From: an uncultured Thiotrichales bacterium
GTDB lineage: Bacteria > Pseudomonadota > Gammaproteobacteria > UBA4575
Reading direction: 5' to 3'
Assembly (NCBI GenBank): GCA_964486815.1
Contig: CAZAOO010000004.1
Location: forward strand, 75,371-139,370
Length of the DNA stretch: 64,000 nt
The notes beneath the pieces were generated by a model. The model saw nothing but the letters and a program-made list of their open reading frames with translations. It was not told where the DNA came from and ran no database searches. Numbering within the stretch: position 1 is the first letter of the stretch; every line of letters begins with the position of its first letter. Shown here one piece after another: positions 50,610 through 60,513 of the stretch. A program made the position numbers and the translations under genes.

Positions 50610-50956
50610 CTGCTAGTTCTTTTATATTTCTACTCATGTGTTTATATCCTTCCCCTTAGACACAGGTTTATTGATGTGACTGCTTCCCATTTAATAAAAT
50701 GTATTTACGTTAATTACCCTTACAAAAATTAACTAATTATTATGTATGGCCATAAGTATATATATAGTTATATACTTATGGCTAGTATAAAATATAGTAT
50801 ATATATATTTCTTATAATCAATATACGTATAACTAATTACAAAGCTATCCATATATTGTAGATTTTTTCGTATATATCAGAAAATTTATGCATCAAAAGT
50901 TACAAAGAAAAGCATATATGAGACATGACTTAAGAATATTCATCTAACTCAAATAT
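50610..50956. repeat. Direct repeat copy U (~350 bp), upstream flank/promoter region of the ABC/DMFase-like operon and of divergent ureE
   Basis: Aligns with 42121-42368. It contains an extra TA-rich insert and a complete 35-bp palindrome. Confidence 0.6.
50748..50782. promoter_or_regulatory. Perfect inverted repeat GGCCATAAGTATATA-N-TATATACTTATGGC; candidate operator in the divergent promoter region between the ABC/DMFase-like operon and ureE
   Basis: 14-bp arms that are exact reverse complements. The half-site GCCATAAGT recurs at 29462-29470 (with partner ACTTATGAC), 34887-34895 (ACTTATGGT) and 42256-42264. Confidence 0.45.
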
Positions 50957-50991
50957 GTACTGAATATCAATAAATTGTAAGAAATCTTCTG

Positions 50992-51441
50992 ATGATAGAA
51001 ATAAACCAAGTGCTTGGTCATTCACATGATTCGAATCTAGCGAATCAACTTCATGACTTATCACACCATAACAAAGTCGAATATATTGTTTTGGATCATG
51101 CAAATTTACAACGCCGTCGTTTTCGCACACAAACAGATCAAGGCACAGACTGCGCTGTGACAATAGCTCGTGATAATAAATTATCTAATGGTGCAGTTTT
51201 ATTATTAGAAAAAGATCGCGCCATTGTGGTGAAAATGGCTGAGGATCAGTGGCTTTCGCTCCACCCTAAAGATATTTCATGTGCGATTGAACTTGGCTAC
51301 TTTGCTGGCAATATGCATTGGCGAGTTAAGTTTGAGAATGAACGTCTTGATATTGCACTTGAAAGCCCTAAAGAAACTTATCTTGATCGATTACAGATAT
51401 TTTTTAACCAAAATAAAATAACTCTCGTTAAGCATGACTAA
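50992..51441 (+). CDS. ureE: Urease accessory protein UreE (no His-rich tail)
   Basis: 149 aa with the GNMHW motif (GNxH of the UreE metal-binding domain). Layout as in K. aerogenes UreE. Confidence 0.75.
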   Translation: MIEINQVLGHSHDSNLANQLHDLSHHNKVEYIVLDHANLQRRRFRTQTDQGTDCAVTIARDNKLSNGAVLLLEKDRAIVVKMAEDQWLSLHPKDISCAIELGYFAGNMHWRVKFENERLDIALESPKETYLDRLQIFFNQNKITLVKHD

Positions 51442-52114
51442 AGAAGAACAAATACTTACTCTTTTACAACATGGAGATAGCTTTTTTCCTTCTGGAGCAG
51501 TATCGTTTTCTTGGGGCTTGGAAATGTTAAATAACGACCAAGTCATCACTTCAATTAATGAGCTCAATATATTTATTGAAAATCAATTGCTTGAGAGATG
51601 GGCCCCGTTTGAACGTGTTGTCTTGGCTCATTCTTATGATCATGCTGATGATATCGAACATGTAATTTCCATTGATAGACTTGTTGAATGTATGACCTTA
51701 GCAAGTGAACTAAGAGATGGTTCAAAAAGATTAGGGTCTGCACTTTTAACTATATATCAACAACTAAATAACCCAATAGCAGACCGTTACCTCAAGCTAA
51801 GTTATGAAGGAAAAGCATTAGGTCACTTGCCGATTACCCAGGCTCTGGTGTGGAACTCGCTTGGTTTATCACGTAATTCAGTATTAATGTTATCTGCATA
51901 TAACTTTTGTGTTTCAGTGCTTGGAGCGGCATTACGGCTTGGCATTGTCGGTCATATAAACTGTCAAAAAAGTTTAACTGCATTTAGCCAACTAATTAGT
52001 GAAATTTTAACTTGGCCCATTCCCGCAATAGAAGATATTCATGCCTTCACTCCTTTTGCCGACATTGCATCGATGCGTCATGAAAATTCAGAGATTAGGC
52101 TATTTGCAAACTAA
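51434..52114 (+). CDS. ureF: Urease accessory protein UreF
   Basis: 226 aa, helical. The motif LLQHGDSFFPSGAVSFSWGLE matches the UreF N-terminus (FPxG..s.S.GLE). Confidence 0.8.
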   Translation: MTKEEQILTLLQHGDSFFPSGAVSFSWGLEMLNNDQVITSINELNIFIENQLLERWAPFERVVLAHSYDHADDIEHVISIDRLVECMTLASELRDGSKRLGSALLTIYQQLNNPIADRYLKLSYEGKALGHLPITQALVWNSLGLSRNSVLMLSAYNFCVSVLGAALRLGIVGHINCQKSLTAFSQLISEILTWPIPAIEDIHAFTPFADIASMRHENSEIRLFAN

Positions 52115-52145
52115 AAATAATTACTCAAAGATTCGGAGATAAACC

Positions 52146-52841
52146 ATGCTACTAACACCCACTGAATATGAGCGTTTAACTATTTACACTGCGGCCGAAC
52201 TTGCAAGAAAAAGAAGAGAGAAAGGCTTGAAATTAAATCATCCAGAAGCAACAGCTATTATTGCTGACGAAATTTGTGAAGGAGCAAGAGAAGGTCGAAG
52301 TGTTGCAGAAATGATTAGCTTTGGTTCAACAATATTAAGCACCGACGATGTTATGCCTGGTGTTGGAGATATGATGCACATGCTTCAAGTTGAGGCTACC
52401 TTTCCTGATGGCACCAAATTAGTCACCGTACATGAACCGATACGATCAGGTAAAAAGAAAACTAAAGGAAATATCGTACCAGGGGAAATTATACCGGGTG
52501 ATGGTGATATCAAAATTAATGCAGGAAAACGCTCAAACAAACTAAAAGTACTTAATACAGGTGACCGCCCTGTACAAATTGGTAGCCATTTTCACTTTTT
52601 TGAAGTTAATCCAGGATTAGATTTTAAACGTAGTGACGCATTTGGAAAACACCTGGATATACCCGCCGGCACCGCAGTGCGTTTCGAGCCAGGTGAAAGC
52701 AAAGAAGTACAACTGGTTAATTTTGGTGGCGCTAGAGAAATACATGGCTTAAACAGTTTAACGAATGGTTCAACTACCAATGATGTTAAAAAACAAGAAG
52801 CCTTGCTCGAAGCTAAAAATCGTGGATTTAAGGGGGCATAA
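52146..52841 (+). CDS. ureAB: Urease gamma-beta fused subunit (Helicobacter-type UreA)
   Basis: Residues 1-100 are urease gamma ([11 protein letters not shown]...LKLNHPEA...[19 protein letters not shown]). Residues ~107-231 are urease beta ([17 protein letters not shown]...). Confidence 0.9.
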   Translation: MLLTPTEYERLTIYTAAELARKRREKGLKLNHPEATAIIADEICEGAREGRSVAEMISFGSTILSTDDVMPGVGDMMHMLQVEATFPDGTKLVTVHEPIRSGKKKTKGNIVPGEIIPGDGDIKINAGKRSNKLKVLNTGDRPVQIGSHFHFFEVNPGLDFKRSDAFGKHLDIPAGTAVRFEPGESKEVQLVNFGGAREIHGLNSLTNGSTTNDVKKQEALLEAKNRGFKGA

Positions 52842-52845
52842 GAAA

Positions 52846-54558
52846 ATGATTAAAATTTCGAGAAAAGAATATGCAACTATGTATGGCCCTACCAAAGGAG
52901 ATGCAGTGCGTCTTGGAGACACCTCATTGTTGGCAGAAGTTGAACAAGACTGTGCCGTTCCGGGTGATGAATGTTTGCATGGTGGCGGTAAAACTTTACG
53001 CGATGGATTGGGACTAACTCCGGGCTATGACAGTGCAGCAGGTTCCTTAGACATGTTGGTTAGTAACGCACTGATAATTGATCCCGTATTAGGCATTGTC
53101 AAAGCCGATATAGGAATTAAAGAAGGTAATATAGCAGGCGTCGGCAAAGCTGGAAATCCTGCGACTATGGATAATGTAGACCCTGATCTTGTTTGCGGTG
53201 CTGCAACTACGGTACGAGATGCAGAGGGACTTATTGCAACACCAGGTGGAATAGACGTGCATGTGCATTTTGATAGTGCGCAGTTATGTGATCACGCAAT
53301 TGGTTCAGGCATTACCACCATGCTTGGTGGATCGTTGGGCCCAATCACCGTTGGCATAGACTGTGGCGGAGCATGGAATGTTGGCAAGATGTTACAAGCT
53401 TCTGAGCAATGGCCAATAAATTTTGGATTTTTAGGCCGTGGTAATTCTTCTAAACCTAGATCTCTGGTCGATCAACTTGCAGGTGGCTGTTTAGGATTAA
53501 AAATTCACGAAGATTGGGGTGCTATGCCAGCTGTAATTGACACCTGTCTTTCTGTTGCTGACGATTTAGATTTTCAAGTACAACTTCATACCGATACACT
53601 CAACGAAAGTGGCTTTGTTGAAAATACATTAGCTGCCATAAATGGCCGCACAATTCATATGTATCACACCGAAGGTGCAGGTGGAGGACACGCACCTGAC
53701 ATTATTCGAGTTGCGGGTGAATATAATTGCCTACCCTCTTCCACTAATCCAACCAATCCATACACAATCAATACATTTGATGAACACTTAGACATGACCA
53801 TGGTATGTCATCATTTGAATCCTGCTATCCCAGAAGATGTAGCCTTTGCAGAAAGTCGTATTCGTGCACAAACCATCGCAGCGGAAGATGTAATGCATGA
53901 TCTTGGTGCGATTTCTATGTTGGGCTCTGATAGTCAAGGAATGGGACGTATCAATGAAGTCATTTGCCGGACTTGGCAATTAGCAAGCAAGATGAAAGAT
54001 CAACGCGGTCGACTTGAAGAAGAACAAACGAAGCTTGGAGATAATGAAAGAATAAAACGTTATATAGCGAAATACACCATCAACGCCGCACGTACATTTG
54101 GTATTGATCAATATATAGGCTCATTAGAAAAAGGAAAAATGGCAGATATAGTGTTATGGAAACCCGCATTTTTTGGAATAAAACCAGAATTAATTATAAA
54201 AGGTGGTTTTATAGTTTGGTCCGCAATGGGTGACAGTGCTGCGTCACTCATGACTTGCGAACCCCTAGCGATGCGACCTCAGTGGGGAGCGTTCGGAAAT
54301 GCTAAACAACAGTTGAGTGCTAATTTTGTAAACCAGTCAGCAGTTGATGCCAATATTGGCGAAAAGTTACAACTACAAAAAACCTGCCTTGCTGCGCAAG
54401 GTACACGAAAACTTAATAAAGGCCATATGCTACACAACGATAATTGCCCAAAAGTGACGGTTAATCCTAATACATTCGATGTATTTGTCGACGGTGAACT
54501 GGCCACTTGTGAACCCGCTGAGACACTACCATTAACCCAACGATACATGCTTCGATGA
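52846..54558 (+). CDS. ureC: Urease alpha subunit
   Basis: Ni-site motifs [49 protein letters not shown]. The ATG at 52846 ([10 protein letters not shown]) is preferred over the longer overlapping ORF at 52765. Confidence 0.92.
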   Translation: MIKISRKEYATMYGPTKGDAVRLGDTSLLAEVEQDCAVPGDECLHGGGKTLRDGLGLTPGYDSAAGSLDMLVSNALIIDPVLGIVKADIGIKEGNIAGVGKAGNPATMDNVDPDLVCGAATTVRDAEGLIATPGGIDVHVHFDSAQLCDHAIGSGITTMLGGSLGPITVGIDCGGAWNVGKMLQASEQWPINFGFLGRGNSSKPRSLVDQLAGGCLGLKIHEDWGAMPAVIDTCLSVADDLDFQVQLHTDTLNESGFVENTLAAINGRTIHMYHTEGAGGGHAPDIIRVAGEYNCLPSSTNPTNPYTINTFDEHLDMTMVCHHLNPAIPEDVAFAESRIRAQTIAAEDVMHDLGAISMLGSDSQGMGRINEVICRTWQLASKMKDQRGRLEEEQTKLGDNERIKRYIAKYTINAARTFGIDQYIGSLEKGKMADIVLWKPAFFGIKPELIIKGGFIVWSAMGDSAASLMTCEPLAMRPQWGAFGNAKQQLSANFVNQSAVDANIGEKLQLQKTCLAAQGTRKLNKGHMLHNDNCPKVTVNPNTFDVFVDGELATCEPAETLPLTQRYMLR

Positions 54559-55181
54559 ACAAAAAAGCTTCTCAAAATGGCCCCGCGCGAGTCGGCATAG
54601 GTGGACCTGTAGGCTCAGGTAAAACAGCGCTGATCGAACAACTAATTCCTATCTTTATTACTCGTGGAAATGAAATTGCAATTGTAACTAATGATTTAGT
54701 TACACGTGAAGATGCTAAGCGACTACAACAATCTGGTTTACTTGCCCCAGAGCGAGTGGTTGCAGTAGAGGCAGGTGCTTGTCCGCACACCGTCATACGA
54801 GAAGATCCTACACTAAATATACAGGCTGTAAATCGATTAGACCAACAATTTGAAAACTTAGATATCATTTTGATTGAAAGCGGTGGCGACAACCTTGCTT
54901 CTACTTTTTCTTTGGATCTTGTGGATTATTGGATGTTTGTAATTGACACTTCAGAAGGAGATGACATCCCGCGTAAACGTGGGCCTGGTATTGTACAATC
55001 TGACCTATTAGTAATCAATAAAATTGATATCGCTAAATACGTAGGTGCAGATGTTGATTTAATGGTGAGAGAAGGACAAGAAGTTAGAGGTAACAAACCT
55101 CTAGTGCTCACTAACTGTAAAACAGGACAAGGAATTGAGGATGTGGCTAACCACATTATCAACAACGTGCTCTTTAAATAG
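54555..55181 (+). CDS. ureG: Urease accessory GTPase UreG
   Basis: P-loop [16 protein letters not shown] and NKIDIA motifs. Confidence 0.92.
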   Translation: MNKKASQNGPARVGIGGPVGSGKTALIEQLIPIFITRGNEIAIVTNDLVTREDAKRLQQSGLLAPERVVAVEAGACPHTVIREDPTLNIQAVNRLDQQFENLDIILIESGGDNLASTFSLDLVDYWMFVIDTSEGDDIPRKRGPGIVQSDLLVINKIDIAKYVGADVDLMVREGQEVRGNKPLVLTNCKTGQGIEDVANHIINNVLFK

Positions 55182-55193
55182 TATAGAAAATAA

Positions 55194-56003
55194 ATGACAA
55201 ATTTATCACTAGAATTTGCAAGAAATTGCGATGGGAAAACATTCCTTGAATACCAATATGCATCATACCCATTTCATATTTGTAGAACTCAATACCTTGA
55301 GAATGATCCACCTGGAATGGCTAATATCTATATTCAGTCTGCGTCTGGCGGAATATATGAAAATGAAATCCTAACTACGAATGTTATTGCTAGTACGGGT
55401 TCATACAGTCACGTAACTACACAAGCCTCAACCATCGTACATGGCATGACGGATGGCAGTGCATATCAAACAGTAAATATTAATGCTATAGATAACTCAT
55501 ATACAGAATATGTATCTGACCCATTAATTCTTTTCCCTCAGTCAAAATTAAGCACAACTATAAATATATTTGCAGATCAAACCAGTACGGCTGTGATTGC
55601 AGATGCATTTTTACTACACTTTTTAAATGGTGAAAATCGAGTCTTTAAGCAATTAAAAAGCTATTTGCAAATTCACGATGAAAATAATCAATTACTGGCT
55701 AAAGATGTCTACATAATTAATCCAGTGAACTTTTTATCTACAGGACGAAAATATATAGGCATGGGTACTATTTCAATTATAAATCGTTCAATCAACACTG
55801 AAGGCATGTTAGAACGATTACAAGAAGCGATTAAAGCTAATAAAAACGTTTATGGAGGCGCTACCTTATTACCAAATAACTGTGGAATCATAATTAAATT
55901 CTTAGCCCCTGATGGAGATTTTCTAAAAAAGACGATTACTCAACTATGGATGGATATTAGAGAATTATTAGTAGGCACAAAACCAAACATACGAAAGAAA
56001 TAA
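55194..56003 (+). CDS. ureD: Urease accessory protein UreD (UreH in Helicobacter nomenclature)
   Basis: 269 aa. Assigned by position after ureG and by its beta-helix-like composition. Confidence 0.7.
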   Translation: MTNLSLEFARNCDGKTFLEYQYASYPFHICRTQYLENDPPGMANIYIQSASGGIYENEILTTNVIASTGSYSHVTTQASTIVHGMTDGSAYQTVNINAIDNSYTEYVSDPLILFPQSKLSTTINIFADQTSTAVIADAFLLHFLNGENRVFKQLKSYLQIHDENNQLLAKDVYIINPVNFLSTGRKYIGMGTISIINRSINTEGMLERLQEAIKANKNVYGGATLLPNNCGIIIKFLAPDGDFLKKTITQLWMDIRELLVGTKPNIRKK

Positions 56004-56014
56004 TAATATTTAAC

Positions 56015-56671
56015 ATGACTTTATTATTCATACTTGCTATTAGTATCGGCATCCGTCACGCATTTGAGCCTGACCATATGGCAGCTGTTCTGACAGTTTC
56101 AACACAATCTAATTCCTTATCCGCAACTGCCAAACAAGGCGCTATCTGGGGCGTAGGACACACCATAACCCTATTCATATTCAGCATGATATTAATGGGT
56201 TTGGATATTAAAATAGATGGAAGTGTGTTTGTATTTTTTGAATTTATTGTCGGTATAGTTTTAATATGGATGGGCCTAGATGTAATTAATAAATCCAAGA
56301 TTTTATTACATGCTAGAGTAAAAAAGAACACTAATTCTTTAATGAAAACTAAAAATGATGAAACTAAACTATCATTAAAATTACTTTCGGTAGGATTATT
56401 GCATGGTGCAGCTGGATCTGGTGTAATTATTGCGCTTGTAAGCACTACAATAGACTCTATTTACTTAAAATTTACATATATAGCATTATTTAGTATTGGA
56501 TTAATTTTAAGCATGTCTTTACTCTCAATGCTTATGACTATGCCCTTACATAGCAGAGTGAAAATTATTCCTTTTCGGTATTTTAAGGTAATAACTGGGA
56601 CACTAGCATTATTGATTGGCATGAAAATACTTTACCAATCTAGCGCACAAATAGGCACATTATTTGTTTGA
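56015..56671 (+). CDS. Nickel permease, NicO/UreH-like (HX4DH family)
   Basis: 6-TM protein with the N-terminal HAFEPDH motif (HX4DH nickel-transporter signature) and a second His-containing helix (LLHGAAGSG). It lies directly after the urease cluster. Confidence 0.5.
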   Translation: MTLLFILAISIGIRHAFEPDHMAAVLTVSTQSNSLSATAKQGAIWGVGHTITLFIFSMILMGLDIKIDGSVFVFFEFIVGIVLIWMGLDVINKSKILLHARVKKNTNSLMKTKNDETKLSLKLLSVGLLHGAAGSGVIIALVSTTIDSIYLKFTYIALFSIGLILSMSLLSMLMTMPLHSRVKIIPFRYFKVITGTLALLIGMKILYQSSAQIGTLFV

Positions 56672-56730
56672 TAAAATACTGCAATAAAATAATCTGCAAC
56701 ATTATCTATACATCTAGATTTAAATTATTA

Positions 56731-57405
56731 ATGAATTTCAAAATTTGTGAAGATGTTTCTGCGCTTAGCATAAAAGTTGCATTTCTTATAATTCATAACA
56801 TTGACAACAATCATTATGATGATTCACTCAAACATAAGATGGATATATTTTATGCTCAATTTCTGAGGAAGTACTCAACTAAAAGCCTTGAAAATGATGT
56901 AAACATTATAGGTTATAGACAACTGCATGAAATAATAGGCATTACTGATAAATCCTTGATCTCCTCACCTGAGAGTTTAATAAATTTACTTTTCAAATAT
57001 AAGTCATTACGATCTATCAATTTTATTGTTGACACGTATAACTATATAGCAATTAAAAACAAGATATCTATAGGCGCCCATGACGTAAAGCATATAAATG
57101 GAAATGTCAGATTATGTTTTACCGTAGGTGATGAAAAATTCATTCCCTTAGGTAAAAATAAACCAAAAACAATTAGTTGTGGAGAATATTGCTATATAGA
57201 TGACGATAATGAAATACTATGTAGGCTAGATTCTAGACAATGTGATAAAACTAAAACTACAGTAGACACTAAAGATTGCCTGTTTATAATTCAAGGGCAC
57301 AAAAATATAGCATTAGGGTTAATAAAAGCAACTGCAGAGGAACTACTGGCTACTTTCAGACCATACGTTAAAAATGTAAAAGAGAGTATTTTAATAATAA
57401 AATAA
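56731..57405 (+). CDS. B3/4 domain-containing protein (PheT B3/B4-like)
   Basis: Assigned from overall architecture only. The start at the ATG 56731 (MNFKICEDV) is preferred over 56668. Confidence 0.35.
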   Translation: MNFKICEDVSALSIKVAFLIIHNIDNNHYDDSLKHKMDIFYAQFLRKYSTKSLENDVNIIGYRQLHEIIGITDKSLISSPESLINLLFKYKSLRSINFIVDTYNYIAIKNKISIGAHDVKHINGNVRLCFTVGDEKFIPLGKNKPKTISCGEYCYIDDDNEILCRLDSRQCDKTKTTVDTKDCLFIIQGHKNIALGLIKATAEELLATFRPYVKNVKESILIIK

Positions 57406-57414
57406 CCTAGTTAC

Positions 57415-57858
57415 TTAGATTAATTTTCGAAATGCGACCATTGAAGATCGAATAAACCCATGCTGCTGATAAAACCGGTGAGCTCCATAATTATCGAAAT
57501 CTGTGAGCAAAGTAATCCGCTTGCAACCATTCTCTTTGGCTAAATCAAGAGAATATTTCATCAAGCTTGAACCCACACCTATTCCTCGCATCTTCGGAAA
57601 TACAACCATATCTTCAAGAATTGCAACTCGACTACCGAGTGCAGTTGATATGGTATACAAAATATTGGCCATTCCAATGACTTTATTTGAATCTATAGCA
57701 ATCACTATTGCACCGACGTCTGATTTAGTAATTATTTCTCTTAAACCTTCGCTTTGAATCTCAGCATTTGGTTTAAATTCCACTTCTTGCTCAAATAAAT
57801 AATTTAATAACTCACATAAATCAGGAATATCATCTAAATTTGCTTTACGTAACTGCAT
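57415..57858 (-). CDS. GNAT-family N-acetyltransferase
   Basis: Acetyl-CoA binding motif FPKMRGIGVGSSLM (R/Q-x-x-G-x-G/A). Confidence 0.75.
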   Translation of the reverse strand: MQLRKANLDDIPDLCELLNYLFEQEVEFKPNAEIQSEGLREIITKSDVGAIVIAIDSNKVIGMANILYTISTALGSRVAILEDMVVFPKMRGIGVGSSLMKYSLDLAKENGCKRITLLTDFDNYGAHRFYQQHGFIRSSMVAFRKLI

Positions 57859-57898
57859 AACGTTATCGATTTATCTGATTACTGTTTGATACATAACA

Positions 57899-58264
57899 TC
57901 AGGTTAGCGTCGTGTAATAGGTTAATACTTCTGAAAAAACACCCGATGAATTCACCTTTATCAACCCAGCACCTTTAATATTGGTACCAGGAATCACCCA
58001 CATACATGAAGCAGTAATTATTTGATTTTCTTCTGAAGTAAGTACTTCTGTAAGCTCCATAAATGGTTTGGGTAGATTACCGTTACATAGTGTTTTTACA
58101 GTCTCCTTCATCTCATTAAGATAGTTGCTAAATTTATCCTTTGAGATTTTCCCTACATTAGGATCGTCCAATATGTATTCATTTGTAATTGCTTGCAATA
58201 TTATATCTGCATCACCATTTTTCCAACCTTCTGCATACTGCCCTAGATGATCTAATGCATTCAT
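57899..58264 (-). CDS. Hypothetical protein, possibly with an NTF2/SnoaL-like fold
   Basis: 121 aa with no catalytic motif. Confidence 0.3.
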   Translation of the reverse strand: MNALDHLGQYAEGWKNGDADIILQAITNEYILDDPNVGKISKDKFSNYLNEMKETVKTLCNGNLPKPFMELTEVLTSEENQIITASCMWVIPGTNIKGAGLIKVNSSGVFSEVLTYYTTLT

Positions 58265-58288
58265 AAGTCACTTCCTAGATTTAATGTA

Positions 58289-58816
58289 TTATTTATATAG
58301 TGTAATTAGTGAATCTAAACCAGCTAAATATATATCACTTATAATTTTTTTAACCACATCATTGCTTTCATCTACAGCATTAAAAGTGGACTGCCAAATT
58401 ACTTCAGCCTCATTATTACCAACTTTTTTGACCGTTAAAGTTGCATGGTAATTTTCAACTGGTAATGGAGATTCTAGTATTACATATTGTAATGACATTG
58501 CAGCCTCATCATAAAACTCAAGTTTTTCTATAATACTGGATTCATCCCCTAGTGTTAAAACTCTAATATCACCCACATCTTTGCCTGTACCTATCAATGC
58601 ACTAGCAAATACAGCTGGATGCCATCTATCTAGCACCTGAAAGCCACCTATTAGTGCCCAAACTGCTTTGACAGGAGCTTTTACAATGACTCTCTCTTCT
58701 ACCATCAGCTGTTGAGCTTGAAGATTCGTAGAGCACCCTAAGCCAATCAAAAGTACTGTTAAAATAGCGGTAGTATATTTAATTTTATTTTCCCTAATTT
58801 GTGATTGTAATTTCAT
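58289..58816 (-). CDS. SRPBCC (Bet v1/START-like) lipoprotein
   Basis: Signal peptide with lipobox LIGLGCS. A polyketide-cyclase-like fold pattern (W..I..F....W). Confidence 0.45.
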   Translation of the reverse strand: MKLQSQIRENKIKYTTAILTVLLIGLGCSTNLQAQQLMVEERVIVKAPVKAVWALIGGFQVLDRWHPAVFASALIGTGKDVGDIRVLTLGDESSIIEKLEFYDEAAMSLQYVILESPLPVENYHATLTVKKVGNNEAEVIWQSTFNAVDESNDVVKKIISDIYLAGLDSLITLYK

Positions 58817-58836
58817 ATGCGACTCCAGAATTTTTA

Positions 58837-59121
58837 TTACTTATTTCTATTGATAATTAACCTGCAAACAAAAACAATAAAAACTCCCCATAACATGCTA
58901 TTCAGTATAAATGGGATCTGACTGGCTACTCCACTAGTACCCACATAGTTAGAATTTTCAAATATAGTTACAATCGGAAAAAACAACATCTCAACGAGCC
59001 AGTAATTAATTATTTGCATTATTTTTAACTCTTTCCCCGTATCAAAATAATGAAAAGCGTGAGCAAATGACTTAGTAGACAACCATACGCTTATTAAATA
59101 ATGAATAATTGAAATACTCAC
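58837..59121 (-). CDS. Hypothetical small membrane protein
   Basis: 94 aa with 3 hydrophobic segments. Confidence 0.3.
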   Translation of the reverse strand: MSISIIHYLISVWLSTKSFAHAFHYFDTGKELKIMQIINYWLVEMLFFPIVTIFENSNYVGTSGVASQIPFILNSMLWGVFIVFVCRLIINRNK

Positions 59122-59310
59122 AACTAAGATAGTAGATTTTATTCTAACGAATATACGTCAGCCATTCCATATATCGCAAATAATATATCCAGACGATGAA
59201 TACGAATTAACTAAGAATCATTTTGTATATATTGTGAATAGCCTATTGGAATAAATAGTTTAAGAATATTGAACACAATATTAAATATAATAATTAAATA
59301 TAATATTTAC

Positions 59311-59862
59311 TCAAATTAACTCATCCACACTAACTACATTCGCATATGCAAACGCCAAAGCAGACATTGAAGCGGTATGTACATCTACAGCAGAAACTGT
59401 TTTGCCTAAATATTCTATATCACGAGTAGCACATGCATCTTGAACAACAACACATTTAAATCCATAATCTGCTGCAGCACGTGTAGTAGCCTCAATACAC
59501 ATATGACTCATTGCCCCACAAATCACTAAATTAGTTATATGTTTTTCATTTAATTGATCAAGCAGATTAGTTTCACGAAAACTGTTTGGGAAATTCTTGG
59601 GTATAACTTTTTCACTAGGCAATGGATCTACACTGCCATGTATTTTGGAACCTTCAGTATTCGGTAACAAGAATTCTGCTTGCTGGTCCTTAAATGTATG
59701 TTGAATATGAAATGTCAATAGATTTTGATCTCTAAATTTATCTAAAAGCATTCTTGCATTTGAACTTGCTAAATCGATACCCATTAACTCCATATTTCCA
59801 CCTGGAAAATAATCATTTTGAATATCAACAAGGAGTAATGCTGGCTTCATACCTAACCTCAA
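59311..59862 (-). CDS. Isochorismatase-family cysteine hydrolase
   Basis: The strings ALLLVDIQNDY and VICGAMSHMCIEATTRAA match the catalytic Asp...Lys...Cys triad context. Confidence 0.8.
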   Translation of the reverse strand: MRLGMKPALLLVDIQNDYFPGGNMELMGIDLASSNARMLLDKFRDQNLLTFHIQHTFKDQQAEFLLPNTEGSKIHGSVDPLPSEKVIPKNFPNSFRETNLLDQLNEKHITNLVICGAMSHMCIEATTRAAADYGFKCVVVQDACATRDIEYLGKTVSAVDVHTASMSALAFAYANVVSVDELI

Positions 59863-60056
59863 TATTTTGAATAGAATTTTATATGATAATCCTCCATATT
59901 TCAGATGTATTGATTACCCATATATTTTTTATGGTCTATTTTCTCTACAATTAAAATATACTAGTCTATATTGTGGAATTGAGTAAAAATTGAGACTATT
60001 ATCTATTCAAATTTGTAGCCTCATATTTGTAAAACAAAAATAAATATAACTTATAT

Positions 60057-60449
60057 ATGGAGAGTGTTATGAACGAAGAAACTAAAGCTAAATTATTAAA
60101 AATCTTTTTAATCGTCACAGGAATATTCTTTGTTATTGGTATTTATCCAATGATGAATTGGATTGCACCAGAAAGCTGGGGCTGGAGTCCAAGACAAAGT
60201 CAATATGAACAAATGATCGTTGTGATATATGCAACACTTGGAGTGTTCTTAGTACTCGCAGCTAAAAGCCCAAACGAACATAGGAGCCTTTTATGGTTCA
60301 CGGTTTGGTCCAGCATTACGCACGGCGGTATCATGCTGTATCAAGCGCTAACCAGTGGCGGGCACGAACATGCAAACTTGTTTGGTGATATACCTGCACT
60401 ATTTGCAGTTGCTATTGTTTTATGGTTCTTGATGCCTAAACGAGCTTAG
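60057..60449 (+). CDS. Hypothetical membrane protein (3-4 TM)
   Basis: 130 aa, hydrophobic, with no known motif. Confidence 0.35.
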   Translation: MESVMNEETKAKLLKIFLIVTGIFFVIGIYPMMNWIAPESWGWSPRQSQYEQMIVVIYATLGVFLVLAAKSPNEHRSLLWFTVWSSITHGGIMLYQALTSGGHEHANLFGDIPALFAVAIVLWFLMPKRA

Positions 60450-60513
60450 CACAAGCACTAAAGATATTTTTGAATTCGAGGTTAAGTTATATGATCTAAT
60501 CTATCCTTAGTGT

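Noticed and set aside
50700-50900. TA-rich short repeats (tatatata, ataagtata) examined as a possible CRISPR or tandem-repeat array.
   Set aside because: There are no regularly spaced direct repeats with unique spacers. It is simple AT-rich low-complexity promoter DNA containing a single palindrome.
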